A stretch of DNA of 64,000 bases from Thermodesulfobacteriota bacterium (GTDB taxonomy: Bacteria; Desulfobacterota_D; UBA1144; Nemesobacterales; UBA2774): NCBI GenBank assembly GCA_965223335.1, contig OZ244991.1, forward strand, positions 736,001 through 800,000, given 5' to 3'. How positions within the stretch are numbered: the stretch's first letter is position 1; each line of letters opens with the position of its first letter. Positions 29,873 to 39,753 of the stretch are shown here, one piece after another. A program made the translations under genes and the position numbers. The notes under the pieces are model-generated. The model saw only the letters and a list, made by a program, of their open reading frames with translations, searched no databases and was not told the origin of the DNA.

Positions 29873-31237
29873 CTAACTTAGGTCAGCTTTAACCCTATCT
29901 AATGCTCCCTCTATAACAGCTCTGATCTCAGAGAGCCTCTGTTCATTCTCTGCCTCGAACCTAAGTACAAGTGCGGGCTGAGTGTTAGATGCCCGAATAA
30001 GACCCCAGCCGTCGGGGAACTCAATGCGTACACCGTCGGTGTTAATCACATCAAAATCCGAGTCGAGCAGCTCTGCTACACCCCGGACAAGCTCAAACTT
30101 AATATCCTCGTTCGTATCCACTCTAATCTCGGGTGTAGTAATTGCATGTGGAACCCCGTCCAGGAGTTCCGACACTTTTTTCCCAGTCTTAGATACAATC
30201 TCCACAAGCCTAAGCGCTCCGTACAGAGCGTCGTCGTACCCATAGTACCTGTCTGCAAAAAATATGTGCCCGCTCATCTCACCAGCCAAAAGAGCCCCTT
30301 CCTCCTTCATCTTGCTCTTTATCAGCGAATGCCCGGTCTTCCACATTATGGCCTTGCCGCCTCTAGATTCTATGTCCTTAAAGAGCCGCCCCGAGCACTT
30401 CACATCCCCGATTATGGTGGCCCCTGGGTTTCGCTCTAGTATTTCCCGAGCGTATATAAGCACTAGCATATCCCCCCATACAATCCGGCCGTATTCATCC
30501 AGTGCCCCTACCCTGTCGCCGTCACCATCGAAACCCAGCCCGACCTCGGACCCGCTGTTGATTACCGCATCTCGTAGCTCCACCAGATTCTCCTCAACCG
30601 TCGGGTCAGGGTGGTGATTGGGGAATGTGCCGTCGGGCTTCTCGTAGAGCTCAGTAACATCGCACCCGAACTCACGGAACACACTGGGACCCATAAGACC
30701 CACCATCCCGTTGCCGTAGTCAAGTGCAACCTTTATCCCTGGCTCGATATCCAGATTGTTTTTTAGGTAATCCACATACTCTGCCCCAATATCGTGGGTG
30801 CTTTGATTCCCCGTGCCCCGCGCAAACTGCCCGCTTTCTGCAATCCTGCGAATATCTTGTATCCCCTCTCCATACACGGAATTCGTGCCCGCAGACAGTT
30901 TCACTCCGTTATACTCAGACGGGTTATGGCTAGCAGTGATCATTACCCCACCCTCTACATCCAGGTTAAATAATGAAAAATAGAGCATCGGTGTAGATAC
31001 CATCCCAATATCTATTACATCGATCCCGGTGGAGTTAATCCCCTGTGTGATAGCACCCGAGTAACCGGGGGAACTCATTCTACAGTCTCTGCCGAGAGCT
31101 ACGGTTTTCGTACCCATCGACTTAACATATGTCCCGTACGCTTTGCCGATTTGGTTAATCACATCCTCGTCGAGGTCTTTATCCACTATGCCCCTTATGT
31201 CGTACTCTCTAAATATCTGGGGGTTAATCGTACTCAT
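29873..31237 (-). CDS. Phosphomannomutase/phosphoglucomutase (AlgC-like)
   Basis: FREYDIRG, TASHNP, DGDGDR, GEMSGH, RASNT. Start ATG 31237 with SD. Confidence 0.95.
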   Translation of the reverse strand: MSTINPQIFREYDIRGIVDKDLDEDVINQIGKAYGTYVKSMGTKTVALGRDCRMSSPGYSGAITQGINSTGIDVIDIGMVSTPMLYFSLFNLDVEGGVMITASHNPSEYNGVKLSAGTNSVYGEGIQDIRRIAESGQFARGTGNQSTHDIGAEYVDYLKNNLDIEPGIKVALDYGNGMVGLMGPSVFREFGCDVTELYEKPDGTFPNHHPDPTVEENLVELRDAVINSGSEVGLGFDGDGDRVGALDEYGRIVWGDMLVLIYAREILERNPGATIIGDVKCSGRLFKDIESRGGKAIMWKTGHSLIKSKMKEEGALLAGEMSGHIFFADRYYGYDDALYGALRLVEIVSKTGKKVSELLDGVPHAITTPEIRVDTNEDIKFELVRGVAELLDSDFDVINTDGVRIEFPDGWGLIRASNTQPALVLRFEAENEQRLSEIRAVIEGALDRVKADLS

Positions 31238-31384
31238 ACATCCTTCCTCCTGGTAACTCAACTAGTTCGTAATGAATGCCAATTCTCGTGTTAAAGTGCT
31301 TGATTGCGAATAGATAATACTATACCCCAGCCATAATTAAAGATATTTCTTGACTTTAAAAACAAGGCTTTTATTCTTTCTCAA

Positions 31385-32872
31385 ATGATTTTTCCTGGCC
31401 CTGAAGATTTCCGAGCGAAACTCAAAGAGGGAAACCTTATCCCGGTATGGGGAGAGGTCCTGGCGGACTACGACACCCCGGTCTCAGCGCTAAAGAAGAT
31501 CGAAACCGGGGACTATGCGTTCCTCCTAGAGAGTGTGGAGGGGGGTGAAAAATGGGGCAGGTACAGCTTCCTGGCCACCCAGCCCTCTGTAGTGTTCAAG
31601 ACCAAGGGCACACGTATAGAGATTACTCGGAACGGCAGCGTTACCACAACCGAGAATAACCCTATAGATGCGCTTAGGGATCTGCTCTCTAAGTACAGAC
31701 CCGTGACTACACCCGAGCTCCCCAGGTTCCACGGCGGCGCAGTCGGTTATTTCACCTACGACACCGTTAGATTTGTGGAGGACCTGCCCGAGGATACTAT
31801 AGACGACCTCGAACTCTACGACTCTCTTTTCATGATCACCGATCTCGTGCTTATATTCGATAATGTAAGCCACAAGATCAAGATTGTGCATAACACGTTC
31901 ATTGAAGATCCCTCTACTGCAGACGAGGCATACGAGAACGCAAAAGAGAAAATAAACAATATCGTAAGCAAGTTAAGAGCCCCCACCTCGCCCTACAACA
32001 ACACTACAGGTGGGATCGACGGCAGTGCAGACGCCACACCGAAACTCGTATCCAACTTCGAGCCCGAGGCATACAAAGACGCCGTAAGAACTACCAAGGA
32101 GTACATCAGATCGGGGGATATTATCCAGGCTGTGATCTCACAGAGGTGGAAGACTGAATTAAACGTTGAGCCGTTTGACCTATACAGGGCGCTTAGGGTA
32201 TTAAACCCCTCCCCTTATATGTTCTACCTCAAAACACCTACTGAAACCCTGGTCGGATCATCGCCTGAAGTAATGGTCAGGGTAGAGGATGATAATATCG
32301 AGAGCCGTCCTATTGCGGGCACACGACCGAGGGGCAAAACCCCCTCGGAAGACCTAAGGCTCGAAGAGGAGTTGATGCAGGATCCCAAGGAAAGGGCCGA
32401 GCACATTATGCTTGTGGACCTCGCACGTAATGATGTGGGCAGAGTAGCCGAAACGGGCACGGTGAGTGTAAACGAGCTTATGGTTGTGGAGCGCTACTCA
32501 CATGTTATGCATATAGTTTCAAATGTCGTGGGCAAATTAAGGCCCGACAAGGACGCGTTTGATGTAGTAAAGGCCACTTTTCCGGCGGGCACACTCTCGG
32601 GTGCTCCCAAGGTAAGGGCAATGGAGATCATCGAGGAGCTGGAGCCGAGCCGAAGGGGAGCGTACGGGGGAGCTGTGGGTTACTTTAGTTTCTCGGGTAA
32701 TATGGACACATGCATTACGATAAGGACCTTCCTTATAAAGGGGGGCGAGATATATATCCAGGCCGGTGCCGGGATTGTTGCCGACTCGGACCCTCAAAAG
32801 GAATATGAGGAATCGGTAAACAAGGTAAAAGCTCTTGTAAAAGCAGTGGGGCTTGCAAAACAGGGACTTTGA
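31385..32872 (+). CDS. trpE: Anthranilate synthase component I
   Basis: LLES, NPSPYM, PIAGT, AEHIMLVDLARND, GTLSGAPK. Confidence 0.95.
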   Translation: MIFPGPEDFRAKLKEGNLIPVWGEVLADYDTPVSALKKIETGDYAFLLESVEGGEKWGRYSFLATQPSVVFKTKGTRIEITRNGSVTTTENNPIDALRDLLSKYRPVTTPELPRFHGGAVGYFTYDTVRFVEDLPEDTIDDLELYDSLFMITDLVLIFDNVSHKIKIVHNTFIEDPSTADEAYENAKEKINNIVSKLRAPTSPYNNTTGGIDGSADATPKLVSNFEPEAYKDAVRTTKEYIRSGDIIQAVISQRWKTELNVEPFDLYRALRVLNPSPYMFYLKTPTETLVGSSPEVMVRVEDDNIESRPIAGTRPRGKTPSEDLRLEEELMQDPKERAEHIMLVDLARNDVGRVAETGTVSVNELMVVERYSHVMHIVSNVVGKLRPDKDAFDVVKATFPAGTLSGAPKVRAMEIIEELEPSRRGAYGGAVGYFSFSGNMDTCITIRTFLIKGGEIYIQAGAGIVADSDPQKEYEESVNKVKALVKAVGLAKQGL

Positions 32873-32896
32873 GCAGTAGGTTCCACAGGACAACAA

Positions 32897-33487
32897 ATGA
32901 TTTTCACTCTAGATAACTACGATTCATTCACATACAACTTGGTTCACTACTTGGGGGAACTGGGCGAAGAGATAGTTGTACACCGAAACAACAAGATAGG
33001 CATAGATGATATAAAGGCACTTAACCCCGAGATGATAGTGATCTCACCCGGTCCATGTACACCGAAAGAGGCAGGCATATCCGTTGAAGTAGTTAAAGAA
33101 TTTGCGGGCAAGGTCCCGATACTGGGCGTGTGCCTGGGGCATCAGTCGGTCGCCTATGCCCACGGTGCCAACATAATCCGCGCAAATCGTCTGCTCCACG
33201 GCAAAACCTCTTTTATACATCACGACAATAAAACCATATACAAAGGACTCCCGAACCCGTTTCAAGCCACCCGATATCACTCGCTCATAATAGAGAACGA
33301 CTCACTCCCCGACTCATTCGAGATAAGTGCATGGACCGAAGAAGACGAGATAATGGGCATACGCCACAAAGAGTATCTACTGGAAGGGGTACAGTTCCAT
33401 CCCGAGTCCATACTTACCACCGAGGGTAAGAACCTATTAAGAAATTTTGTAAATCTGGTAAAAGAGCGCTCGGATCTCAATTCTTAA
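32897..33487 (+). CDS. trpG: Anthranilate synthase component II (glutamine amidotransferase)
   Basis: DNYDSF, SPGP, GVCLGHQ, QFHPES. Confidence 0.92.
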   Translation: MIFTLDNYDSFTYNLVHYLGELGEEIVVHRNNKIGIDDIKALNPEMIVISPGPCTPKEAGISVEVVKEFAGKVPILGVCLGHQSVAYAHGANIIRANRLLHGKTSFIHHDNKTIYKGLPNPFQATRYHSLIIENDSLPDSFEISAWTEEDEIMGIRHKEYLLEGVQFHPESILTTEGKNLLRNFVNLVKERSDLNS

Positions 33488-33594
33488 ATAAATTAGGTAA
33501 AATTAAAGAATTCTAGAATTTATGACATGCTCTAGAATAATATGAGTCCTTTAACCATGGCCCACAGAGCTCAAACATAAAGGGGATAGAATAA

Positions 33595-35319
33595 ATGGAA
33601 CTACTGTTTAGACCACGGGATAAAAAATATGTAGGAAGTGGAACGCTGCCATTCGGTACATTTGATGAAACTACGGAATGGAAACCCGTATATGTATATC
33701 TTGAACAGGGTGCTCAGCTCTTTCCCGATAAATGTATGTACAAAGTTGCTGATACCGAAGGCAATCTAGATGATGGATACACATACAAAGAGACTAATAA
33801 ATGGGTTAACCGAGTTGCAAACGGCCTCATTACAGATCATGGCATCAATAAGGGAGACCGGGTTGGTATATACATGCTTAATTCTTATGAGTATGTAGTT
33901 TCTATTCTAGCTGTACATAAGATTGGTGGAATCCAGGTCCCGATCAATAAAGACGAGAAGGGAGAGAGACTCGCATATATCATCAACTATTCCGATATGA
34001 GGGTCATCATCACAGACCCCCAAAGCCTGGAGCTTCTCCGAGATATTGCCGATACACTAACACAGTTGGAAGCCATCATCGTAACCGGTGATATGGAACT
34101 CCCGGACGAAATAGCCGGGATCAAAATATTACAGTTCAGCGAGTTTGATAATAACTCCAACGAGAACCCGGGGGTAGAGGTGCTTGTCTCTGATGTTGAG
34201 CGCTGCATGTTTACCTCGGGCACTACAGGTATGCCCAAGGGTGTTATGAGAAACCACGGGGGGGTGGTATTGACAGTACGTGCATACATCCAACAAAGCG
34301 GTGTACGTAGTGACGATGTGCTGATGAGCGTGCTCACGCTTGGGCATGCCAACGCTCAGGTCATGTGCCTTTTTACAACCATTGCATCGGGGGCCGAAGC
34401 TGTGTTCTTCCCGCGTTTCTCTGCATCCAGATTCTGGGAGTGGGGAGCAAAATGCGGAGCCACTATCGTAAATATGTTGGGTGCGGTAGCCGAGTACTTA
34501 TGGTCAGCAAAACCTACTGAGTGGGATTCTAAACACAATATAAGGATGTGTCTTTCAGGCCCGGCACCAAAGAACCTCTTGGAGTTTCAAGATCGATTTG
34601 GGCTTAGGGTGGTTGACGGCTACGGCTCTACAGAAATGGGTATGGTGCTTTGGAAAGACCCCGAGGACCACCGTCTGGGCTCCTCAGGGTATCCGATGGA
34701 AGGATACTACGTAGAAATACGTAACCCCGAAAACACTGACGAGGTGATAAAACCGTTTTGGGACCCTACACAAGACCCCTACCCCCCAGAGGAAGCTAAA
34801 GGCCTGTTGTTTATTAAGCCATTCATACCGCATACAACATTAAACGAGTATTTTAAAGACGAAAGACGCACACGCGAGGCATTTGACGATAACGGATTTT
34901 TTAACTCCGATGACCTGTTCGCATGCGGGATTGACGGACGTTTCTATTTCCAGGGCCGCTTCAGTCGAATCCGTGTGTCGGGCGAGAACGTCGATCCGAT
35001 TGCGGTGCAGGACTTTGCCATGCAGCACCCCTCGGTACACGAAGCTATTGCAGTTGGTGTGAGGTTGCCCGATATAAGTGACGACGAGATCAAACTCAAT
35101 ATCACGCTTGAGAGCGACCAGAGCTTTGACCCCATAGCGTTCAGTAAGTGGATGGCCGAGATCGCACCCGTATTTATGGTGCCCAGGTTTATAGAGGTGT
35201 ATAAAGAAGGCTTCCCCGTTACGGCAACACAGAAGATCCGGATAGCAGAGATAAAAGAGCTTACAGAGAACACTTGGGATAGAAACGAATCGGGGCTAAA
35301 ATTCAAAGCCCGTAAATAG
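33595..35319 (+). CDS. AMP-binding acyl-CoA ligase, CaiC-like (paralogue 1)
   Basis: FTSGTTGMPKG, GYGSTE, RFSASRFW, GENV, TATQKI. Confidence 0.88.
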   Translation: MELLFRPRDKKYVGSGTLPFGTFDETTEWKPVYVYLEQGAQLFPDKCMYKVADTEGNLDDGYTYKETNKWVNRVANGLITDHGINKGDRVGIYMLNSYEYVVSILAVHKIGGIQVPINKDEKGERLAYIINYSDMRVIITDPQSLELLRDIADTLTQLEAIIVTGDMELPDEIAGIKILQFSEFDNNSNENPGVEVLVSDVERCMFTSGTTGMPKGVMRNHGGVVLTVRAYIQQSGVRSDDVLMSVLTLGHANAQVMCLFTTIASGAEAVFFPRFSASRFWEWGAKCGATIVNMLGAVAEYLWSAKPTEWDSKHNIRMCLSGPAPKNLLEFQDRFGLRVVDGYGSTEMGMVLWKDPEDHRLGSSGYPMEGYYVEIRNPENTDEVIKPFWDPTQDPYPPEEAKGLLFIKPFIPHTTLNEYFKDERRTREAFDDNGFFNSDDLFACGIDGRFYFQGRFSRIRVSGENVDPIAVQDFAMQHPSVHEAIAVGVRLPDISDDEIKLNITLESDQSFDPIAFSKWMAEIAPVFMVPRFIEVYKEGFPVTATQKIRIAEIKELTENTWDRNESGLKFKARK

Positions 35320-35328
35320 TAAGCGGAT

Positions 35329-36273
35329 CTAGAAGAACAATAGAAATATAAACGCCGAGTAGCCAAGCAGCAAAAGCACACCTTCAAGCCTGCTAATCCT
35401 AAAGCCCGTCCTCATCATAGGCAGCACCAGTATACTGAACGCCAGCATCACGGGGAACTCAAATGTTATTAAACCCGGGTTTACCTCTACCGGGCGGATC
35501 ATGGCTACAAGCCCGAGTATCCCAATATTAAAGATATTGCTTCCAATTATATTCCCTATAATAATGTCGGGCTCTTTCTTTAAAGCCGCAATGATAGAGG
35601 TAGTGAGTTCGGGCAAGGATGTCCCTATAGCCACAGCCGTTATACTTATGATCAGTTCACTCACCCCTACCACCCTGGCCACATAGATAGCACCGTCCAC
35701 AACTAACCTAGCCCCTATTACCAACCCCACCAATCCCAACACTATGTACAAGACCTGCTTTAATGTGCCGTTACCCGCCCCCAAATACTCCTCGAACTCC
35801 CTCTCAACCTCTCTCGGCTCTCGTTTAGCATCGTAGTAACTGTACAAACTGAAACCAACGAGTGCGATGAAAAGCACTAGACCCTCTAGCCGTCCGATCA
35901 CATGGTTTAGGGACAAAACCAAAAGAAGCACTGAGAGTAGAATCATCACAGGCACTTCAACTTTAACGAGCTTCATGTGTATGACCAGCGAGCTTATTAT
36001 TGCCGAGAACCCGAGTATAAGCCCGATATTAGAGATGTTGCTGCCGAGGATGTTGCCAAGCGCTATATCACCCGAACCCTTAAGGACCGCAATCAGACAC
36101 ACAAGAAACTCAGGCGCCGATGTCCCAAATGCCACTATTGTAAGCCCTATCACCACTGGGCTTATCCCGAGTATCTTGGCCAAGGTAGAGGCCCCCTTAA
36201 CAAGTGCATTACCGCCAATCAAAAGGGCTGCGATCCCGGCTACAAACAATGCGATCTGTATCAACAATTCCAT
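35329..36273 (-). CDS. Calcium/sodium antiporter (YrbG-like)
   Basis: Two alpha repeats: GTSAPE...GSNI and GTSLPE...GSNI. Highly hydrophobic. Confidence 0.93.
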   Translation of the reverse strand: MELLIQIALFVAGIAALLIGGNALVKGASTLAKILGISPVVIGLTIVAFGTSAPEFLVCLIAVLKGSGDIALGNILGSNISNIGLILGFSAIISSLVIHMKLVKVEVPVMILLSVLLLVLSLNHVIGRLEGLVLFIALVGFSLYSYYDAKREPREVEREFEEYLGAGNGTLKQVLYIVLGLVGLVIGARLVVDGAIYVARVVGVSELIISITAVAIGTSLPELTTSIIAALKKEPDIIIGNIIGSNIFNIGILGLVAMIRPVEVNPGLITFEFPVMLAFSILVLPMMRTGFRISRLEGVLLLLGYSAFIFLLFF

Positions 36274-36544
36274 ATTCTACTCTCGGCCTCTATAAACTAT
36301 TTTGATCCGGTTAAAAGGGATGCCTCTCGGTGCGGCACAAATATTAGCACAGGCAACTAAAAAAGACAGATTATGTTAAAAAAACATTCTACAACCACTT
36401 AGAACTCACCAACCGTTTACCGATATTAAACGGTGGATCGAGTACACATGCGAGATCTAATTAACAATAATGTTGACAACAGTGCACAGAATAATTTAAT
36501 ATTCCCTGTCTACATTATATTACTAGATGTTAAGGAGGTTTGTA

Positions 36545-38272
36545 ATGCGTTTATTATTTAAACCCCGGGACGCTAAGTATCTGGGCGATGGGGATCTGCC
36601 ATTCGGTGCTTTTGAAGACACTACAGAGTGGTTGCCAATCACAAGATACCTTGAAAAAGGTGCAGAGATGTTCCCGGACAAAACAATGTTTAAAGTTGCT
36701 AACAGGGACGGTGAGGTAGTCGAAAGTTACAACTATAAAGAAACCAACGATTGGGGCAATAAAATTGCAAATGGCCTAATTGGGGAATACGGAGTTAATA
36801 AGGGCGATAAGGTGGGCATGTATATGCTCAACTGCTCGGAGTACGTTGTATCCATTATCGCAGTTCACAAAGCGGGTGCAGTCCAAGTACCTATAAATAA
36901 GGACGAGAAGGGTGAGAGACTCGCATACGTTATTAACTACTCAGAAATGGTAGCTCTAATCATCGACGAAGGCAGTGTTCCTTTCATCGAGGAGATTGCA
37001 GAGAGCCTTGAGAACCTAAAGGTTATATTCATCACGGGTGACGCAGACAAAGTCCCGGCCGAGATTGGTGGGATTAAAACACTGTCGTTTTCCTCATTCG
37101 ATAGCTTTGCCGATAACAACCCCGGTGTTGATGTTACTACCCAAGATATGGAAAGGTGTATGTTCACTTCGGGTACAACCGGTATGCCTAAGGGTGTGGC
37201 AAGGGATCACGGCGGGGTTGTAATGACCGTGCGCTCTTACCTGCAACAGCAGGGCATACGAAGTGGCGACACACTCATGAGTATTCTTTCGCTTGGCCAT
37301 GCTAACGCTCAGGTCATGTGTTTATTCAGTGCTATAGGTGCCGGGGCCACGGCTGTGTTCTTTCCCAGATTTTCGGCTTCGAGCTTCTGGAAATGGGCAG
37401 CTAACTGCGATGCAACGTGTGTAAATATGTTGGGAGCAGTAGCCGAGTACCTATGGGCGGCAGAGCCCAGTGATTGGGATCAAAAACACAGCATCAGAAT
37501 AATGCTCGGTTCCCCCGCCCCAAGAAACCTACAGGAGTTCCAAGAACGCTTCGGTGTCAGGGTCATAGACGGTTACGGCTCCACCGAGATGGGTATGGTG
37601 CTTTGGAAAGACCCCGAAGACCATCGCCCGGGCTCCTCGGGATTCCCAATGGAGGGATACTATGTCGAGCTTAGGGACCCGCAGGACCCAGACACAGTGT
37701 TACGGCCGTTTTGGGACCCCTATGAAGACCCCAACCCGCCTGACGAGGCCAAGGGGCTTGTGTTCATTAAGCCACTCGTACCAAACACAACACTAAACGA
37801 GTATTTTAAAGACGAAAGGAGAACCCGCGAGGCGTTTGACGACGATGGGTTCTTTAACTCGGACGACCTTTTCGCAAGGGGCATCGACGGCAGGTACTAC
37901 TTTGTAGGACGCTTCAGCAGAATCCGCGTATCCGGTGAAAACGTTGATCCGATCGCAGTACAGGACGAAGCCATGCAGTACGATGCTATCCAAGAGGCAA
38001 TAGCCGTCGGCATACGCCTTCCAAACGTCTCCGATGACGAAATCAAGCTTAACATCACGCTTAAGGGTGATGCCGAGTTTGACCCGGTTGAATTCTGTAA
38101 GTGGATGGCAGACAGGGTTATTGTTGCCATGGTACCTAGGTTTATCGAGGTCTATGAAGACGGGTTCCCGGTAACAGCCACACAAAAAATCAAAGTTGCC
38201 GAGATCAAAGAGATAACCGACAAAACCTGGGACAGGAACGAAGCCGGTATTAAATTTAGCGCTAGAAAGTAA
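36545..38272 (+). CDS. AMP-binding acyl-CoA ligase, CaiC-like (paralogue 2)
   Basis: Same motifs as, and colinear with, 33595-35319. AAGGAGG SD before ATG 36545. TTGACA-N18-TAATAT at 36473. Confidence 0.88.
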   Translation: MRLLFKPRDAKYLGDGDLPFGAFEDTTEWLPITRYLEKGAEMFPDKTMFKVANRDGEVVESYNYKETNDWGNKIANGLIGEYGVNKGDKVGMYMLNCSEYVVSIIAVHKAGAVQVPINKDEKGERLAYVINYSEMVALIIDEGSVPFIEEIAESLENLKVIFITGDADKVPAEIGGIKTLSFSSFDSFADNNPGVDVTTQDMERCMFTSGTTGMPKGVARDHGGVVMTVRSYLQQQGIRSGDTLMSILSLGHANAQVMCLFSAIGAGATAVFFPRFSASSFWKWAANCDATCVNMLGAVAEYLWAAEPSDWDQKHSIRIMLGSPAPRNLQEFQERFGVRVIDGYGSTEMGMVLWKDPEDHRPGSSGFPMEGYYVELRDPQDPDTVLRPFWDPYEDPNPPDEAKGLVFIKPLVPNTTLNEYFKDERRTREAFDDDGFFNSDDLFARGIDGRYYFVGRFSRIRVSGENVDPIAVQDEAMQYDAIQEAIAVGIRLPNVSDDEIKLNITLKGDAEFDPVEFCKWMADRVIVAMVPRFIEVYEDGFPVTATQKIKVAEIKEITDKTWDRNEAGIKFSARK

Positions 38273-38299
38273 CCACTCCTGCCCGAAAGGCTTATTTAT

Positions 38300-38764
38300 A
38301 TGAGCCTATTAGAAGACGAAAAATATATGCGCCTGGCACTTGAGCAAGCCTCTCGTGCCGGGCGTTTAGGTGAAGTACCCGTAGGAGCTGTACTTGTTGC
38401 GAAAGACCGTGAGATAATATCGACCGGTCACAACCTAAGGGAGAGTTCCTCAGACCCCACAGACCATGCGGAAATTATAACAATCCGACTGGGCGCCGAG
38501 AAGCTCCGTTCCTGGCGCCTAGTGGATACAACTTTATATGTAACATTAGAGCCGTGTGTGATGTGTATGGGAGCAATTGTAAACTCAAGGATACAAACTG
38601 TGGTGTTCGGGGCCCGCGACCCCAAGGCCGGCGCAGTTGTTTCACTCTACAACATCGGTAGGGACAAAAAACTAAATCACATGGTAGAGCTCCGCGAGGG
38701 CATCCTCGCAGATGAGTGCTCAAGCGTGCTAAGTGAGTTTTTCAGCAATATTAGAGCGGACTGA
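38300..38764 (+). CDS. tadA: tRNA adenosine(34) deaminase
   Basis: EVPVGA, HAE, TLEPCVMC, DPKAG. Confidence 0.93.
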   Translation: MSLLEDEKYMRLALEQASRAGRLGEVPVGAVLVAKDREIISTGHNLRESSSDPTDHAEIITIRLGAEKLRSWRLVDTTLYVTLEPCVMCMGAIVNSRIQTVVFGARDPKAGAVVSLYNIGRDKKLNHMVELREGILADECSSVLSEFFSNIRAD

Positions 38765-38766
38765 TC

Positions 38767-39084
38767 TTACTCAGTCGATTTAAAGAACCCCAAGATGTCC
38801 CCTATGAGACTTTTCTCTGAAGTGCCCGCGAGTTTCTCCAACTCTCCTTCATCGAGCCAAACCCCGTCACAGCCCAAGCATCTATCGATCTTTACCCCGC
38901 GAAATACAACCTCGTGCAGGTCTGCACCACATTTAGGACACTTCATGTAGCAAACAGCTTTTATCCGCTCCCGCTCGTCAATCGAGGCTTGCTCTTTTAG
39001 TTTGGATTTAAGCCGCTTTACCTTCTCAGCCTCTTCCCTGGCAAAGTACTCATCCTCTGTTTTAGACGGTTTTTCTTTGCTCAT
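38767..39084 (-). CDS. zf-TFIIB zinc-ribbon protein
   Basis: EDEYF N-terminus, CPKC...IDRCxxCxGVWLDxGEL. Confidence 0.85.
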   Translation of the reverse strand: MSKEKPSKTEDEYFAREEAEKVKRLKSKLKEQASIDERERIKAVCYMKCPKCGADLHEVVFRGVKIDRCLGCDGVWLDEGELEKLAGTSEKSLIGDILGFFKSTE

Positions 39085-39752
39085 TTGCTTTTCTCTCCTA
39101 TATCATCCGATTTTGATACGGCTTTAATAATTATCCTTTTTTCCTGATCCTCTACCTTTGTATCATAACCGACCCCTCTTTCCCTCTTAAGCGTTATATA
39201 GGCTATCCTTCTCTCCGAAGCTGACATAGGATGTAGTGTAATCGGTTTTTTAGAACGCCTTACCTTTCTGGCAGTGTCTTTAACCAGGCGGGCAATTTTA
39301 TCGTCACGTCTCTTTTTATAACCGTCAACGTCTATAGATACCCTTTTGTCTTTACCGTCCTCACACATACGCCCCGATATCTTACCAACTATGTACTCAA
39401 GGGATTTTATCATATCCCCTCTCTTTCCGATAATAAGCCCCTTGTCCTCTGTGTTTTTGATGTCCAGTTTGATTTTATCGGGTGTTTCCCTTATGCCCAC
39501 TGAGTATGTGGGCACTAAATAATCCAGAATAACTTCGAGTGCCCTCTTCGAGCGTAGCCCCTTTTCACTCAAATCCTTGTTTTTTACAGAGACACGAACC
39601 TTTGCGTTCTTGCTCCCTATGCCCAACACACCCTTGGAAGCCTCTTGCAAAACCTCCACATCCACCTCCGTGCGGGGTACTCCCAACTCCTCACAGGCGC
39701 TTATAGTAGCATCCGTTACCGTTTTTCCCTCACGTTCAATTACGATACCCAT
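39081..39752 (-). CDS. jag: Jag/EloR (KhpB) RNA-binding protein
   Basis: Jag_N (EGKTV), KH (IIGKRG), degenerate R3H (ERRIAY). Follows yidC. Confidence 0.88.
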   Translation of the reverse strand: MGIVIEREGKTVTDATISACEELGVPRTEVDVEVLQEASKGVLGIGSKNAKVRVSVKNKDLSEKGLRSKRALEVILDYLVPTYSVGIRETPDKIKLDIKNTEDKGLIIGKRGDMIKSLEYIVGKISGRMCEDGKDKRVSIDVDGYKKRRDDKIARLVKDTARKVRRSKKPITLHPMSASERRIAYITLKRERGVGYDTKVEDQEKRIIIKAVSKSDDIGEKSK

Positions 39753-39753
39753 T

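Noticed and set aside
31262..31384. Possible trp attenuator before trpE
   Set aside because: No Trp-codon leader or terminator; looks like plain divergent promoters.
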